This document shows, piece by piece, positions 1 through 7,316 of a DNA stretch of 32,000 bases. How positions within the stretch are numbered: the stretch's first letter is position 1; each line of letters begins with the position of its first letter. The position numbers were made by a program, and so were the translations under genes. The DNA comes from Coprobacillaceae bacterium (GTDB lineage: Bacteria; Bacillota_I; Bacilli_A; Erysipelotrichales; Coprobacillaceae), in NCBI GenBank assembly GCA_963675515.1, contig OY776328.1:1320001-1352000 (forward strand), written 5' to 3'. The notes under the pieces are model-generated. The model saw nothing but the letters and a program-made list of their open reading frames with translations, did not search any database and was not told the origin of the DNA.

Positions 1-341
1 AGCTCAAGGTCGCGGCATTGAAGCTTTTCGAGATGCTTGACAAGGATGTGAAAATTTTTTACAGCGGCGATTTCGATCCCGAAGGCCTGCAGATAGCCGA
101 CAAGCTTCTAGGCCGTTTTTCCAACGTGGAGCCGTGGGGTTTTGATGAGGAACTCTACTTCCAGGCGCTTTCAAACGAGAACATCAGCGAGATCCGTCTT
201 TCCAAGCTCGATTCGCTTAATGACTCGCGGTTAAAAGAAGTGGCCAAGGCGATCAGGGAAAACAAGCTGGCCGGTTACCAGGAAAATATCCTCGATTTCT
301 ATCGTAAAGACATTCTCAGGATCATTGCGGAAAACCAATAA
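1..341 (+). CDS. 3' end of a larger gene entering from the left edge; Toprim-like C-terminal domain resembling DUF2399/TIGR02679 (JetD-like, Wadjet-type) proteins
   Basis: The frame is open from base 3 (LKVAALKLFEML...), so the TTG at 18 in the ORF track is not the true start. It carries an acidic Toprim-like motif YSGDFDPEGLQIA and a C-terminal AGYQENIL tail, as I recall for DUF2399 proteins. The TAA stop at 339-341 is followed by a hairpin and T-run. Confidence 0.5.
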   Translation, partial: LKVAALKLFEMLDKDVKIFYSGDFDPEGLQIADKLLGRFSNVEPWGFDEELYFQALSNENISEIRLSKLDSLNDSRLKEVAKAIRENKLAGYQENILDFYRKDILRIIAENQ

Positions 342-343
342 TG

Positions 344-376
344 ACCATCGCGCCTTCTTGGGCCCGGTGGTTTTTT
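344..376 (+). terminator. Rho-independent terminator after the left-edge gene
   Basis: Imperfect stem ACCATCGCGCC / GGGCCCGGTGGT (two mismatches) with loop TTCTT, followed by TTTTTT. Confidence 0.55.
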
Positions 377-476
377 CGATACTGAAAGGGTCTTGATTCT
401 GGTTATCCAAAATAGAGGCGGATTCCAACAGATAACCGGGCATGATTATTAAATTGTGCCAAAAGTTATTATTTGA

Positions 477-485
477 TGCTATAAT
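477..485 (+). promoter_or_regulatory. Extended -10 promoter (TGcTATAAT) for the GyrI-like gene
   Basis: TG at 477-478 and TATAAT at 480-485. No good -35 at 17 bp, which fits extended -10 promoters. Confidence 0.4.
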
Positions 486-545
486 CTAGTTAGCGACAGG
501 CAATCGGGATGGCAATTGCATCTAAAAATAGAAGGAGATGGATTT

Positions 546-1004
546 ATGGCATTCATCATGGAAATAATAGAAACTAATGAACAGCCGGTTCTCACAGTCA
601 GGACAACGACATCGGTTGAAAACCTGCCCAATATCCTCGGTCCGATTTTCGGGGAGATAGCAGGCTACATCATGGCCCAGGGGCAGGAACCGCTGGGACC
701 GGCATTTATCGCGTACCACAATATGGATATGAACAATCTTGATATCAAAATCGGCTTCCCGGTGGCCGCACCTTTGCCAGGAAATGACCGGATCAAGGCT
801 GGCTTCATTCCGGCTGGGAAAAGGGCCACCACCTTCCACAAGGGAGCTTATGGGGATATCGGACCGGCCTACCAGGCGTTGGGCGAGTTTCTGGTCAAAG
901 AAGGCTACGAGGCCACCGGGATAGCTTACGAATATTACTACAATTCACCTGGGGAAGTGCCTGAAAGCGAATTGTTGACGAAGATCGAATTTTTGCTTAA
1001 ATAA
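546..1004 (+). CDS. GyrI-like small-molecule-binding domain protein (AraC effector-binding / SOUL-like fold)
   Basis: GGAG at 534-537 sits 8 nt before ATG 546, so the ORF-track start at 516 is too long. It is about 150 aa with the typical GyrI-like pattern (PVLTVRTTTS..., ...AYHNMDMNNLDIKIGFPV..., ...EYYYNSP...ELLTKIEFLLK). Confidence 0.8.
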   Translation: MAFIMEIIETNEQPVLTVRTTTSVENLPNILGPIFGEIAGYIMAQGQEPLGPAFIAYHNMDMNNLDIKIGFPVAAPLPGNDRIKAGFIPAGKRATTFHKGAYGDIGPAYQALGEFLVKEGYEATGIAYEYYYNSPGEVPESELLTKIEFLLK

Positions 1005-1036
1005 GATAAGTACCGTTGCCTGTTTCATCGCACAAA

Positions 1037-1062
1037 AAAAAGCTCCTTTTTGGGAGCTTTTA
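1037..1062. terminator. Bidirectional terminator between convergent genes
   Basis: AAAAAGCTCC-TTTTTG-GGAGCTTTT, a perfect stem flanked by an A-run and a T-run. It overlaps the stop codon of the minus-strand HAD gene. Confidence 0.7.
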
Positions 1063-1707
1063 ACGTTTTTCCAGGTAGTCGATCACGTGATTTAGACTTG
1101 GCAGGATTTCAGTTGCGAGTTGGGCCGGTTGCCCTTCGATGGTGACCATGTCCGGGATGGCGATGACTTTGACATCAGCCAAAAACGATGCCATGATGCC
1201 AGCTGGCGAATCCTCGAGGACATAGGCTTCATGGGATTCGATATTTAGCTTCTTGATCGATTCCAAAAAGATGTCCGGTGCCGGTTTGCCGTTTTTGATC
1301 TCGTCGCCACAGATAACGTCATTGAAGTAGTGAGTCAGGTTGGCTTTGTCGAGAATATGGTCAACGCGGTGGCGTGAAGACGAAGTTGCAACCATGGTAA
1401 GGTAGTTGTTTGTCTTGAGGTAGTCGAGCAGTTCGAGCAGACCGGGTTTGATGGTCGGGCCGACTGTGTCGAATTCCTTGGCGATCAGCTCGTAGACATC
1501 GGATACAAGTTTCTTGCAGTCGACTTTCCTGTAGCTTAGCTGCAGGCGGTTGAGGTTGTCTTTATGATTGGAACCGATCATCGAGCGGTAGAATTCCTCG
1601 CTCATCGATTCTCCTTGTAATTTTAACAGGTGGTTATAATAATTGTAAGTGGTGCGCTCGCTGTCGATCATCAAGCCGTCCATATCAAAAATTATCGCTT
1701 TTATCAT
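1060..1707 (-). CDS. HAD-IA family hydrolase (beta-phosphoglucomutase / sugar-phosphatase like)
   Basis: Canonical HAD motif I IIFDMDGLMIDSE, motif II VATSS, and a C-terminal EDSPAG motif IV. It has an AAGGAG RBS. Confidence 0.9.
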   Translation of the reverse strand: MIKAIIFDMDGLMIDSERTTYNYYNHLLKLQGESMSEEFYRSMIGSNHKDNLNRLQLSYRKVDCKKLVSDVYELIAKEFDTVGPTIKPGLLELLDYLKTNNYLTMVATSSSRHRVDHILDKANLTHYFNDVICGDEIKNGKPAPDIFLESIKKLNIESHEAYVLEDSPAGIMASFLADVKVIAIPDMVTIEGQPAQLATEILPSLNHVIDYLEKR

Positions 1708-1734
1708 TGGTATCTCCTTGTTTGTTGTGGGTCC

Positions 1735-1763
1735 ATATTATCACAAATGTTTGTGGAATTAAA
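1735..1763 (-). promoter_or_regulatory. Candidate sigma-A promoter for the HAD gene
   Basis: On the minus strand: TTTAAT, 17 nt spacer, TAATAT, with TG one base upstream of the -10 (TGaTAATAT). Confidence 0.4.
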
Positions 1764-1783
1764 GTCTTTCCAGAATTTGAAAA

Positions 1784-1808
1784 TAAAAAAACGTCCCATA
1801 GGAACGTA
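1784..1808 (-). terminator. Terminator of the tRNA cluster (hairpin usable in both directions)
   Basis: The minus strand reads ACGTTCC-TAT-GGGACG followed by TTTTTTT. It lies directly downstream of tRNA-Asp. Confidence 0.55.
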
Positions 1809-1819
1809 TGTTTTTTAGT

Positions 1820-1896
1820 TGGCGGTCTGGACGGGACTCGAACCCGCGACCTCCGCCGTGACAGGGCGGCATTCTAACCAACTGAACTACCAGACC
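1820..1896 (-). tRNA. tRNA-Asp (anticodon GTC), CCA encoded
   Basis: Hand-folded cloverleaf. Acceptor GGTCTGG/CCAGACC, anticodon stem CCGCC/GGCGG with loop CTGTCAC, T-arm GCGGG-TTCGAGT-CCCGT, then G-CCA. Confidence 0.95.
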
Positions 1897-1904
1897 AAAA
1901 AATA

Positions 1905-1995
1905 TGGCGGAGACAGAGAGATTTGAACTCTCGCGCCAGTTACCCGACCTACGCCCTTAGCAGGGGCGCCTCTTCAGCCTCTTGAGTATGTCTCC
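1905..1995 (-). tRNA. tRNA-Ser (anticodon GCT), long variable arm, CCA encoded
   Basis: Acceptor GGAGACA/TGTCTCC, anticodon stem CGCCC/GGGCG with loop CTGCTAA, long variable arm, T-arm GAGAG-TTCAAAT-CTCTC. Total 91 nt. Confidence 0.95.
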
Positions 1996-2014
1996 AGGTT
2001 TTTACTGCTTTTAC

Positions 2015-2043
2015 ATAATAGCATTTATTCACATGTGTTGCAA
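2015..2043 (-). promoter_or_regulatory. Candidate internal promoter for tRNA-Ser/tRNA-Asp
   Basis: On the minus strand: TTGCAA (2038-2043), 17 nt spacer, TATTAT (2015-2020). It sits about 20 nt upstream of the tRNA-Ser 5' end, in the 102-nt spacer after tRNA-Lys. Confidence 0.4.
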
Positions 2044-2097
2044 GACTTTTTTTCGCTTTTTTCAAGAACTGTCCAGTCCTGGAAAAGAAGAAAAAAA

Positions 2098-2173
2098 TGG
2101 TCTCCCCGCACGGGCTCGAACCGTGGACCCTCTGATTAAGAGTCAGATGCTCTACCAACTGAGCTACGGAGAG
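2098..2173 (-). tRNA. tRNA-Lys (anticodon CTT), CCA encoded
   Basis: Cloverleaf: CTCTCCG-TA-GCTC-AGTTGGTA-GAGC-A-TCTGA-CTCTTAA-TCAGA-GGGTC-CACGG-TTCGAGC-CCGTG-CGGGGAG-A-CCA. The acceptor stem begins with C1:G72. Confidence 0.9.
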
Positions 2174-2215
2174 ATTGATTGATGTCTGTGGATTGCTGTC
2201 GAAGTCGACTAGTAA

Positions 2216-2244
2216 ATAATACTACAGTTTTTTGTTTTCTTCAA
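2216..2244 (-). promoter_or_regulatory. Candidate sigma-A promoter for tRNA-Lys
   Basis: On the minus strand: TTGAAG (2239-2244), 17 nt spacer, TATTAT (2216-2221). Confidence 0.45.
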
Positions 2245-2302
2245 TACAAAAATTGATTTTTTTTCAATTATTTTATGTTATACTTTAAAAAGAGGTGATG
2301 AC

Positions 2303-4036
2303 ATGTTTTATCGACAATCGTTACAAAATATTCAGGTGGTATTTATCTCCTTGGACGGAGCCTTGCTAGATCTCAACCACCTGCGCTACAATTATATCAG
2401 AAAAATCAGCCATCTGCACAATCAGGATGTGGCATTGAAGAAGTTCGACCGGTATCTAGGCAACTACCAGACAAGCTATGATTTTCTAGGTTTCGACTTC
2501 GATGTCGAGAGAATGGAAAACGAGCTGTACGAGTATTCAGCCTATGCGAGCAACATCTTGAAGACCGGTGGTGAGGAACTGCTTCGGTTTTTGAAGTCCC
2601 GGGGCATCAAGGTTGCCGTCTATACGACCTACAAAGCCAAACGGGCGGTAGGCTACCTGCAGCTTTGCAAGCTCGATCAATATGTTGATTATGTCATCGG
2701 GGGAGACAGCGAGTGCGCCCATATCCCGGACAACGAGATCATCGAACTCGTTTTGGAAAAGTTTGCGATCGACCGCAGTGAGCTTCTTGTCGTCGCGCCT
2801 TACAAGTCGCTTGTAAGTGCGGCCAACGAGAGCTGCGCCAATGTGGTATTCCTGAAGGATCTCATCGCTGCCGACCTGGCCATCGAGCGAATGGTCTACA
2901 GGGTTGTTTCCAACTGTTTCGAGATCATGAATCTTTTTTTGTTCGACCGATTCGATGACATCGAGGTATACGGTGGAGCATTGAATTTCACCCGGAGCAT
3001 GGATGAGACCGAGCTGGAAAAGACATACAACCACCTGGTTAATGAATTCAGTGATGACCCCGAGCTCTCGCGGCTGGTGCGCCAAAGCTACTTCTATTAC
3101 CTGGGCGAACTCCAGAATCGCCATTTCGAGGAATTCGGCAAAAATAGGCTCAAGGGCGTCGACTATTCCAAACTCAACGAAGGTCTGATGCTCAAGGACC
3201 ACGATCTTGAGGTCAACCAGCTAAAACACAAGCTCTATGAGTCGTTTACTTTTGACGATGACAAGCCTGATATGCTTGGTGGCATCCTTGAAGAAGAGTC
3301 ACCCCTTGATCGTCTGGGTGCCAGGGAATACGGCTCGACCCCGAATTTCATCAAGTCCAAGCATGATGACAAGGGCAATAAGCAAAGTGGAGATGCCAAG
3401 GAACTCAAAAAGAGCCTTGGGGATCTGGTGTCCAGGGACAAGCCGGATTTGAAGCCGCAGCTGGTGGCCAAGAACGCGAAATTCGAAGCTGCCGATGCCA
3501 CTTTGATCCCTGAAATGGAGCCTCGGATGGAAGCAGCCCCGGAAGTCGATCTCCAGCTTGACTTTGCCAATGTGACTGCCAACCAGAAGGACACCCTCGA
3601 CATGCTCAACGCCCTCCATACCCGGGAAATATCCAAAAAGGAACTGGCCGAGGCCGCGAACAATGAATCTCAGGACGTCAAAAGCGTCCCGTATCAAAAA
3701 AAGAGCAGCCGTTTTTCTTGGCTTCATCTTGTGCTTGTGCCGTTCATCGCTACCGCTTTGGGATTTGTGGCGTACCGGCTTTCGGGAGCGCCTTTTGAAA
3801 ACCAGACCGGCTACCTGGAAATTCTTGATTCGCTCCTTGATTTCTATCTGGACGGCATCCTGGCTATCTACCAGACAATGATAACATTTGTCCATGTCCG
3901 GCTTGATATTTTCCCATCCTTCGATGCCCTGATCAACAGCGACTACCGCATCTACATCATGTTTGGCTTCTATTTTGTCGCCAACATGGTCATCTACGAT
4001 GCCATTGCGAGCGTGATCAGATTTGTAAAGAAATAA
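2303..4036 (+). CDS. Hypothetical membrane-anchored protein: N-terminal HAD-like domain (nucleophile Asp replaced), long charged linker, C-terminal TM segments
   Basis: AGAGGTGA RBS before ATG 2303. The HAD-like motif I position reads VFISLDGALLD (Ser where the first Asp should be), and a GGDS motif IV is retained. The middle is rich in K/E/D/P. The C-terminus has hydrophobic helices (WLHLVLVPFIATALGFVAY; IYIMFGFYFVANMVIYDAIA). Confidence 0.75.
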   Translation: MFYRQSLQNIQVVFISLDGALLDLNHLRYNYIRKISHLHNQDVALKKFDRYLGNYQTSYDFLGFDFDVERMENELYEYSAYASNILKTGGEELLRFLKSRGIKVAVYTTYKAKRAVGYLQLCKLDQYVDYVIGGDSECAHIPDNEIIELVLEKFAIDRSELLVVAPYKSLVSAANESCANVVFLKDLIAADLAIERMVYRVVSNCFEIMNLFLFDRFDDIEVYGGALNFTRSMDETELEKTYNHLVNEFSDDPELSRLVRQSYFYYLGELQNRHFEEFGKNRLKGVDYSKLNEGLMLKDHDLEVNQLKHKLYESFTFDDDKPDMLGGILEEESPLDRLGAREYGSTPNFIKSKHDDKGNKQSGDAKELKKSLGDLVSRDKPDLKPQLVAKNAKFEAADATLIPEMEPRMEAAPEVDLQLDFANVTANQKDTLDMLNALHTREISKKELAEAANNESQDVKSVPYQKKSSRFSWLHLVLVPFIATALGFVAYRLSGAPFENQTGYLEILDSLLDFYLDGILAIYQTMITFVHVRLDIFPSFDALINSDYRIYIMFGFYFVANMVIYDAIASVIRFVKK

Positions 4037-4240
4037 GACACCTGCTGATGCCCTGTAAAAAGGATGTCAGTTTTTTTTACAATTTGATGATAAAGGTCAA
4101 GTTTCAGTTGATTGGAGCGGATGATTGTCTAGTTTTCAGCCTTTTTTCATGCAAATTGTCGTATATCAAGCCAACTAATCGTTCACAAAATTGAAATATT
4201 GGGTAAAATGAAAGCGTAACCATAATTAGGAGGTGGCGCT

Positions 4241-5512
4241 ATGAATGCAAAGACATTGACCCGATTAATAGATAATACCGGAGTGAACTGCCTTTTTCTT
4301 GGCATCTTTCCAGCCCTGTTCTATCTGGCGGTCTTGATGTCGCTGATTGTCGAAAACAACTTTCACTCTTTCTGGTTGGGACTTAAAAACATTTTCGACT
4401 TTACGCCCGAACAGGTGAGCGATTTTCTTGTCATCGGCGGGCTTGAGGCCAGTCTCCTCAACGCCGCCCTGATCGGGAGTCTCAATGTCTTCCTTATATG
4501 GAAAAGCAAATGTCCAATCGATGGTAAGGTGATTGCTGCATTTTTTACAGTCCTTGGTTTTTCCTTTGTCGGGAAGACAATCTTCAATATAATCCCCATC
4601 TATCTTGGGGGATGGATCTACCAGCGCAAAAACAAAGCTGTGATCCAGGAGGTGCTCCCGGTGATGATGTTTGCGACTTCGCTGGCGCCAGTTGTTTCAT
4701 GGATCTATCGCAATCAAGTATTTGACGCAATGACGGGATCATTCGTGGCTCTTGTTGTAGGGGTGCTCCTGGGGTACCTGGTTGTTCCGGTGGCCCGAAG
4801 TCTCCATTTTTTCCATAATGGTCACAGTCTCTACCATATCGGTTTTTGCACGGGGCTATTGGCAACATTGGTCGCAGGAGTGGGGCGGATTTTCAATCTG
4901 GGGATTTCATCGCAGAAAAACGTCAGTATGACAAATACCGGGGAGCTGGTATTGTTGTTTGGGGTTGTTGTTGTGATATTGGTGGCAGCCGGGGTATTGT
5001 TGAAGGAAAATGGCGACAATGATTTGGGATATCCTCGAGCATCCTTGGTATCTTACAGACAGGAAAACGGACCTGGTTCGATGGTGCTCAATATGGCCAT
5101 GATGGCGATGTTGAGCATTGGTTATGTCTGGCTGGTTGGCGGGATACTTTGCGGACCGGTTGTGGCGGGTATCTTCACTATGACCGGTTTTGGGGCCTGC
5201 GGGAAGAATCTTTCCAACTGTATTCCGGTGATGGCCGGAGCGATCGGGGGCATCATTTTCCTGGACCTGCCAATAAATGATCCGGGATTGATAGCGGCGG
5301 TGCTTTTTGCGACCACTTTGGCACCGATGGTGACCAACTATGGCAGAATTGCCGGAATGGTTGCGGGGTTCTGCCATCTGTTCATGATTGGCGATACTAT
5401 CTGGCTCCATGGCGGTCTATGCCTCTACAACAACGGTTTCACAGGCGGTCTGGTTGCCGGAACCCTGGTAAGCCTGTTCGAGCGGTTGAAGTACAAGAAA
5501 AGCAGCTGTTGA
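4241..5512 (+). CDS. Polytopic integral membrane protein (possibly DUF1576 family; from memory, unverified)
   Basis: AGGAGGTG RBS. The 423-aa product has about 10-12 hydrophobic segments and a Gly-rich C-terminal half. No transporter signature that I recognise. Confidence 0.8.
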   Translation: MNAKTLTRLIDNTGVNCLFLGIFPALFYLAVLMSLIVENNFHSFWLGLKNIFDFTPEQVSDFLVIGGLEASLLNAALIGSLNVFLIWKSKCPIDGKVIAAFFTVLGFSFVGKTIFNIIPIYLGGWIYQRKNKAVIQEVLPVMMFATSLAPVVSWIYRNQVFDAMTGSFVALVVGVLLGYLVVPVARSLHFFHNGHSLYHIGFCTGLLATLVAGVGRIFNLGISSQKNVSMTNTGELVLLFGVVVVILVAAGVLLKENGDNDLGYPRASLVSYRQENGPGSMVLNMAMMAMLSIGYVWLVGGILCGPVVAGIFTMTGFGACGKNLSNCIPVMAGAIGGIIFLDLPINDPGLIAAVLFATTLAPMVTNYGRIAGMVAGFCHLFMIGDTIWLHGGLCLYNNGFTGGLVAGTLVSLFERLKYKKSSC

Positions 5513-5527
5513 ATTGACAGCTGCTTT
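5499..5527. terminator. Bidirectional terminator between convergent genes
   Basis: Perfect 11-bp stem AAAGCAGCTGT / ACAGCTGCTTT with loop TGAATTG. It overlaps the 3' end of the membrane-protein CDS. Confidence 0.7.
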
Positions 5528-5528
5528 G

Positions 5529-6632
5529 TCATCTGATGCGGATCCAGTATTTGGTTTGTTTTTTGTCCAGATAAGACCTGTCATTGACGTTTGCGGCCTT
5601 GACGATGTCCTGGTAATCGCTGCCATCATCATTGATTGCAATCATTGATGAGCTGGAGTTGCTGTCATTGGTGTTGATGTACTGGTAATATTTCCCGTCG
5701 ATGCATACAATGGTTGTTGAGACCTTGTCGGTGTCGCTTGAGTTGTACGATGCTGCAAAAAAGACATTGTTTTTGTCCGGGGTGACTATGGGAACCCAAT
5801 AGAAGCTGGTTGAATACCCTACCTTAGCCATTTCCTCAGTTGTGGACTGAACATAGCCGTTCTGGCTTAAAAGGTAGTCCTGGTAGGCGTTGGTCAACTT
5901 TTTTGAACTGTCCTTGTCATAATTATCAACCAACTGGTACTTGATTGAATTGAATTCGCTGGCCAGTTTGGAGGTATCAATCCAGTTGTCTTGAGCAGTT
6001 GTTCCGCCACTGGTCTGGGAATTTGAGCTGTTCTGGTTAGTGCTTGGGTCCTGGGCGTCCGAGTTGTTTTCACCAGTGCCGGTTGTGTTTGAATTGTCGG
6101 TATCGCTGCTTGTATTGTCGTTTGAGTCGTCTGTGTCGGTATTGTCTGTAGTGCCGGGAGTCTGACTTTCATTATCCACGAGCGTCCAGACGTTGTCATC
6201 TTTAATCATGATGATATTTTCACCAGGAGTCACTAATGCATCTATGGCTGTTGTGCCATTGTACAGGCCAAAAAGATAACTGTTGGCTGGAATGTCGATA
6301 GAATCGCTTGCAACAGCGTTGGGGAAGTAGGCAAGATCATTGAGTATCAGATTGTCCATATCCAGGTTCTTGTTGACCTGATCGACAATCTGGCTTACCA
6401 CGTCGGGGTTGGCCTGATATAGTTGTGCCAAAGAAAGTCCGGTGGAAATTCGATACTTGTCCTGTTCGATCAATGCCGCGTTATAGACGCTTCTGGTAGC
6501 GATTGAATACTGGTATTCATTGGCATCGTCGATGTAGCTCACAACGGCCGGAACAGCGATCGCGGCTAGGATCGAAGTTATGGCAATCGTGGTGATGATT
6601 TCAATTAAAGTGAATCCCTTGTCGTTTTTCAT
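5529..6632 (-). CDS. Prepilin-type (type IV pilin / pseudopilin-like) protein with large C-terminal domain and S/T/N/D-rich linker
   Basis: Class III signal MKNDKG|FTLIEIITTIAITSILAAIAVPAVV (Gly-Phe cleavage/methylation site, Glu at +5). AAAGGAG RBS. Low-complexity stretch TDNTDTDDSNDNTSSDTDNSNTTGTGENNSDAQDPSTNQNSSNSQTSGG. Confidence 0.85.
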   Translation of the reverse strand: MKNDKGFTLIEIITTIAITSILAAIAVPAVVSYIDDANEYQYSIATRSVYNAALIEQDKYRISTGLSLAQLYQANPDVVSQIVDQVNKNLDMDNLILNDLAYFPNAVASDSIDIPANSYLFGLYNGTTAIDALVTPGENIIMIKDDNVWTLVDNESQTPGTTDNTDTDDSNDNTSSDTDNSNTTGTGENNSDAQDPSTNQNSSNSQTSGGTTAQDNWIDTSKLASEFNSIKYQLVDNYDKDSSKKLTNAYQDYLLSQNGYVQSTTEEMAKVGYSTSFYWVPIVTPDKNNVFFAASYNSSDTDKVSTTIVCIDGKYYQYINTNDSNSSSSMIAINDDGSDYQDIVKAANVNDRSYLDKKQTKYWIRIR

Positions 6633-6858
6633 TGATTGCTCCTTTAGGGTGTTTGATGTCTTTTATTTTACATTTTATTAGTTCCGAGTGCAAGAGAAAT
6701 GCTTGTATATCTTGGATTAATGGTATCTTTTTGGAATGATTTGCAGTCCATGTTGTTTGGCTTTGCAGTGGATAAGGTATATAATGAATACAGGAAAAGT
6801 CTGTGGCGGATGCTCATTGCCGTTCGAATGACAAGACAAATCAAGAGCTAAGACGTAA

Positions 6859-7207
6859 AAACAGTTAATTGAGGAAAAGGCAGCGATTGAAAAAGTATTC
6901 AACTACAGCACAACCGATGAAAAGACGGTGGAAAAAATTATCATTGATGACAATGTCAACAATATCCACGTCGTATCAACCGCGGCGACGGTTTGATCGA
7001 AGATCACTCCAATTCAAACGTCTGTATGAATGTAATCCGGGGAATATAAAGCATCACCCTGGATGACCGGGAACTCATATATATCAAAAAGGAACTCTTT
7101 TGAAGATTTCCTGCAATACCAAGGTGCAAGTGCACAATGAAAGTGACCGGACATTAAAGCTGATAGTCGTCAAGGCTTTGGCAGGCCAGAACTATCAAAA
7201 AGACTGA
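6859..7207 (+). pseudogene. Disrupted cupin-domain protein gene (two frameshifts plus one in-frame TAA, no obvious start codon)
   Basis: Three frames splice into one cupin-like protein. Frame 1: IEEKAAIEKVFNYSTTDEKTVEKIIIDDNVNNIHVV. Frame 3 from about 6975: INRGDGLIEDHSNSNVCMNVIRGI*SITLDDRELIYIKKELF (TAA at 7047-7049). Frame 2 from 7100: LKISCNTKVQVHNESDRTLKLIVVKALAGQNYQKD*. Confidence 0.7.
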
Positions 7208-7316
7208 CACGTTAAAATAATGACTTCAATGTATTAGATGCTTTACAGGCTATCTCGAAGTTTCATTTTAAGCAACTATGATGTGATCTATAAGAGGTCA
7301 CCGAGGAGGTGAGATT

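Noticed and set aside
516-545. Longer N-terminal extensions offered by the ORF track: 516 for the GyrI-like gene, 16537 for the transketolase C subunit, 24243 for the GRE, 26677 for fsa copy 1, 29518 for murI and 23365 for deoR.
   Set aside because: In each case a downstream ATG is preceded by a GGAG-type RBS at 6-9 nt and matches the conserved family N-terminus. The extensions overlap upstream genes or run through promoter and operator sequence.
1708-2302. The tRNA cluster as an integration site of a mobile element or genomic island.
   Set aside because: No integrase, recombinase or transposase gene is present, and I found no direct repeat of a tRNA 3' end anywhere in the window. The flanking genes look like ordinary chromosomal cargo.
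2537-3202. A 221-aa minus-strand ORF, and similar long antisense ORFs at 3299-3895, 4907-5410, 8618-9133, 13347-14072, 15758-16216, 16662-17135, 17945-18589, 24522-25199, 26740-27462, 28752-29303 and 29521-30273.
   Set aside because: Each lies wholly inside a well-supported sense-strand gene with recognisable family motifs. They lack RBSs and have odd, low-complexity or Arg/His/Gly-rich composition typical of shadow ORFs. None has a recognisable domain.
6717-7066. Short ORFs 6717-6902 (minus) and 6869-7066 (plus) in the gap after the pilin-like gene.
   Set aside because: The products are basic, low-complexity or hydrophobic, with no RBS. The plus-strand one is simply an out-of-frame reading of the cupin pseudogene.
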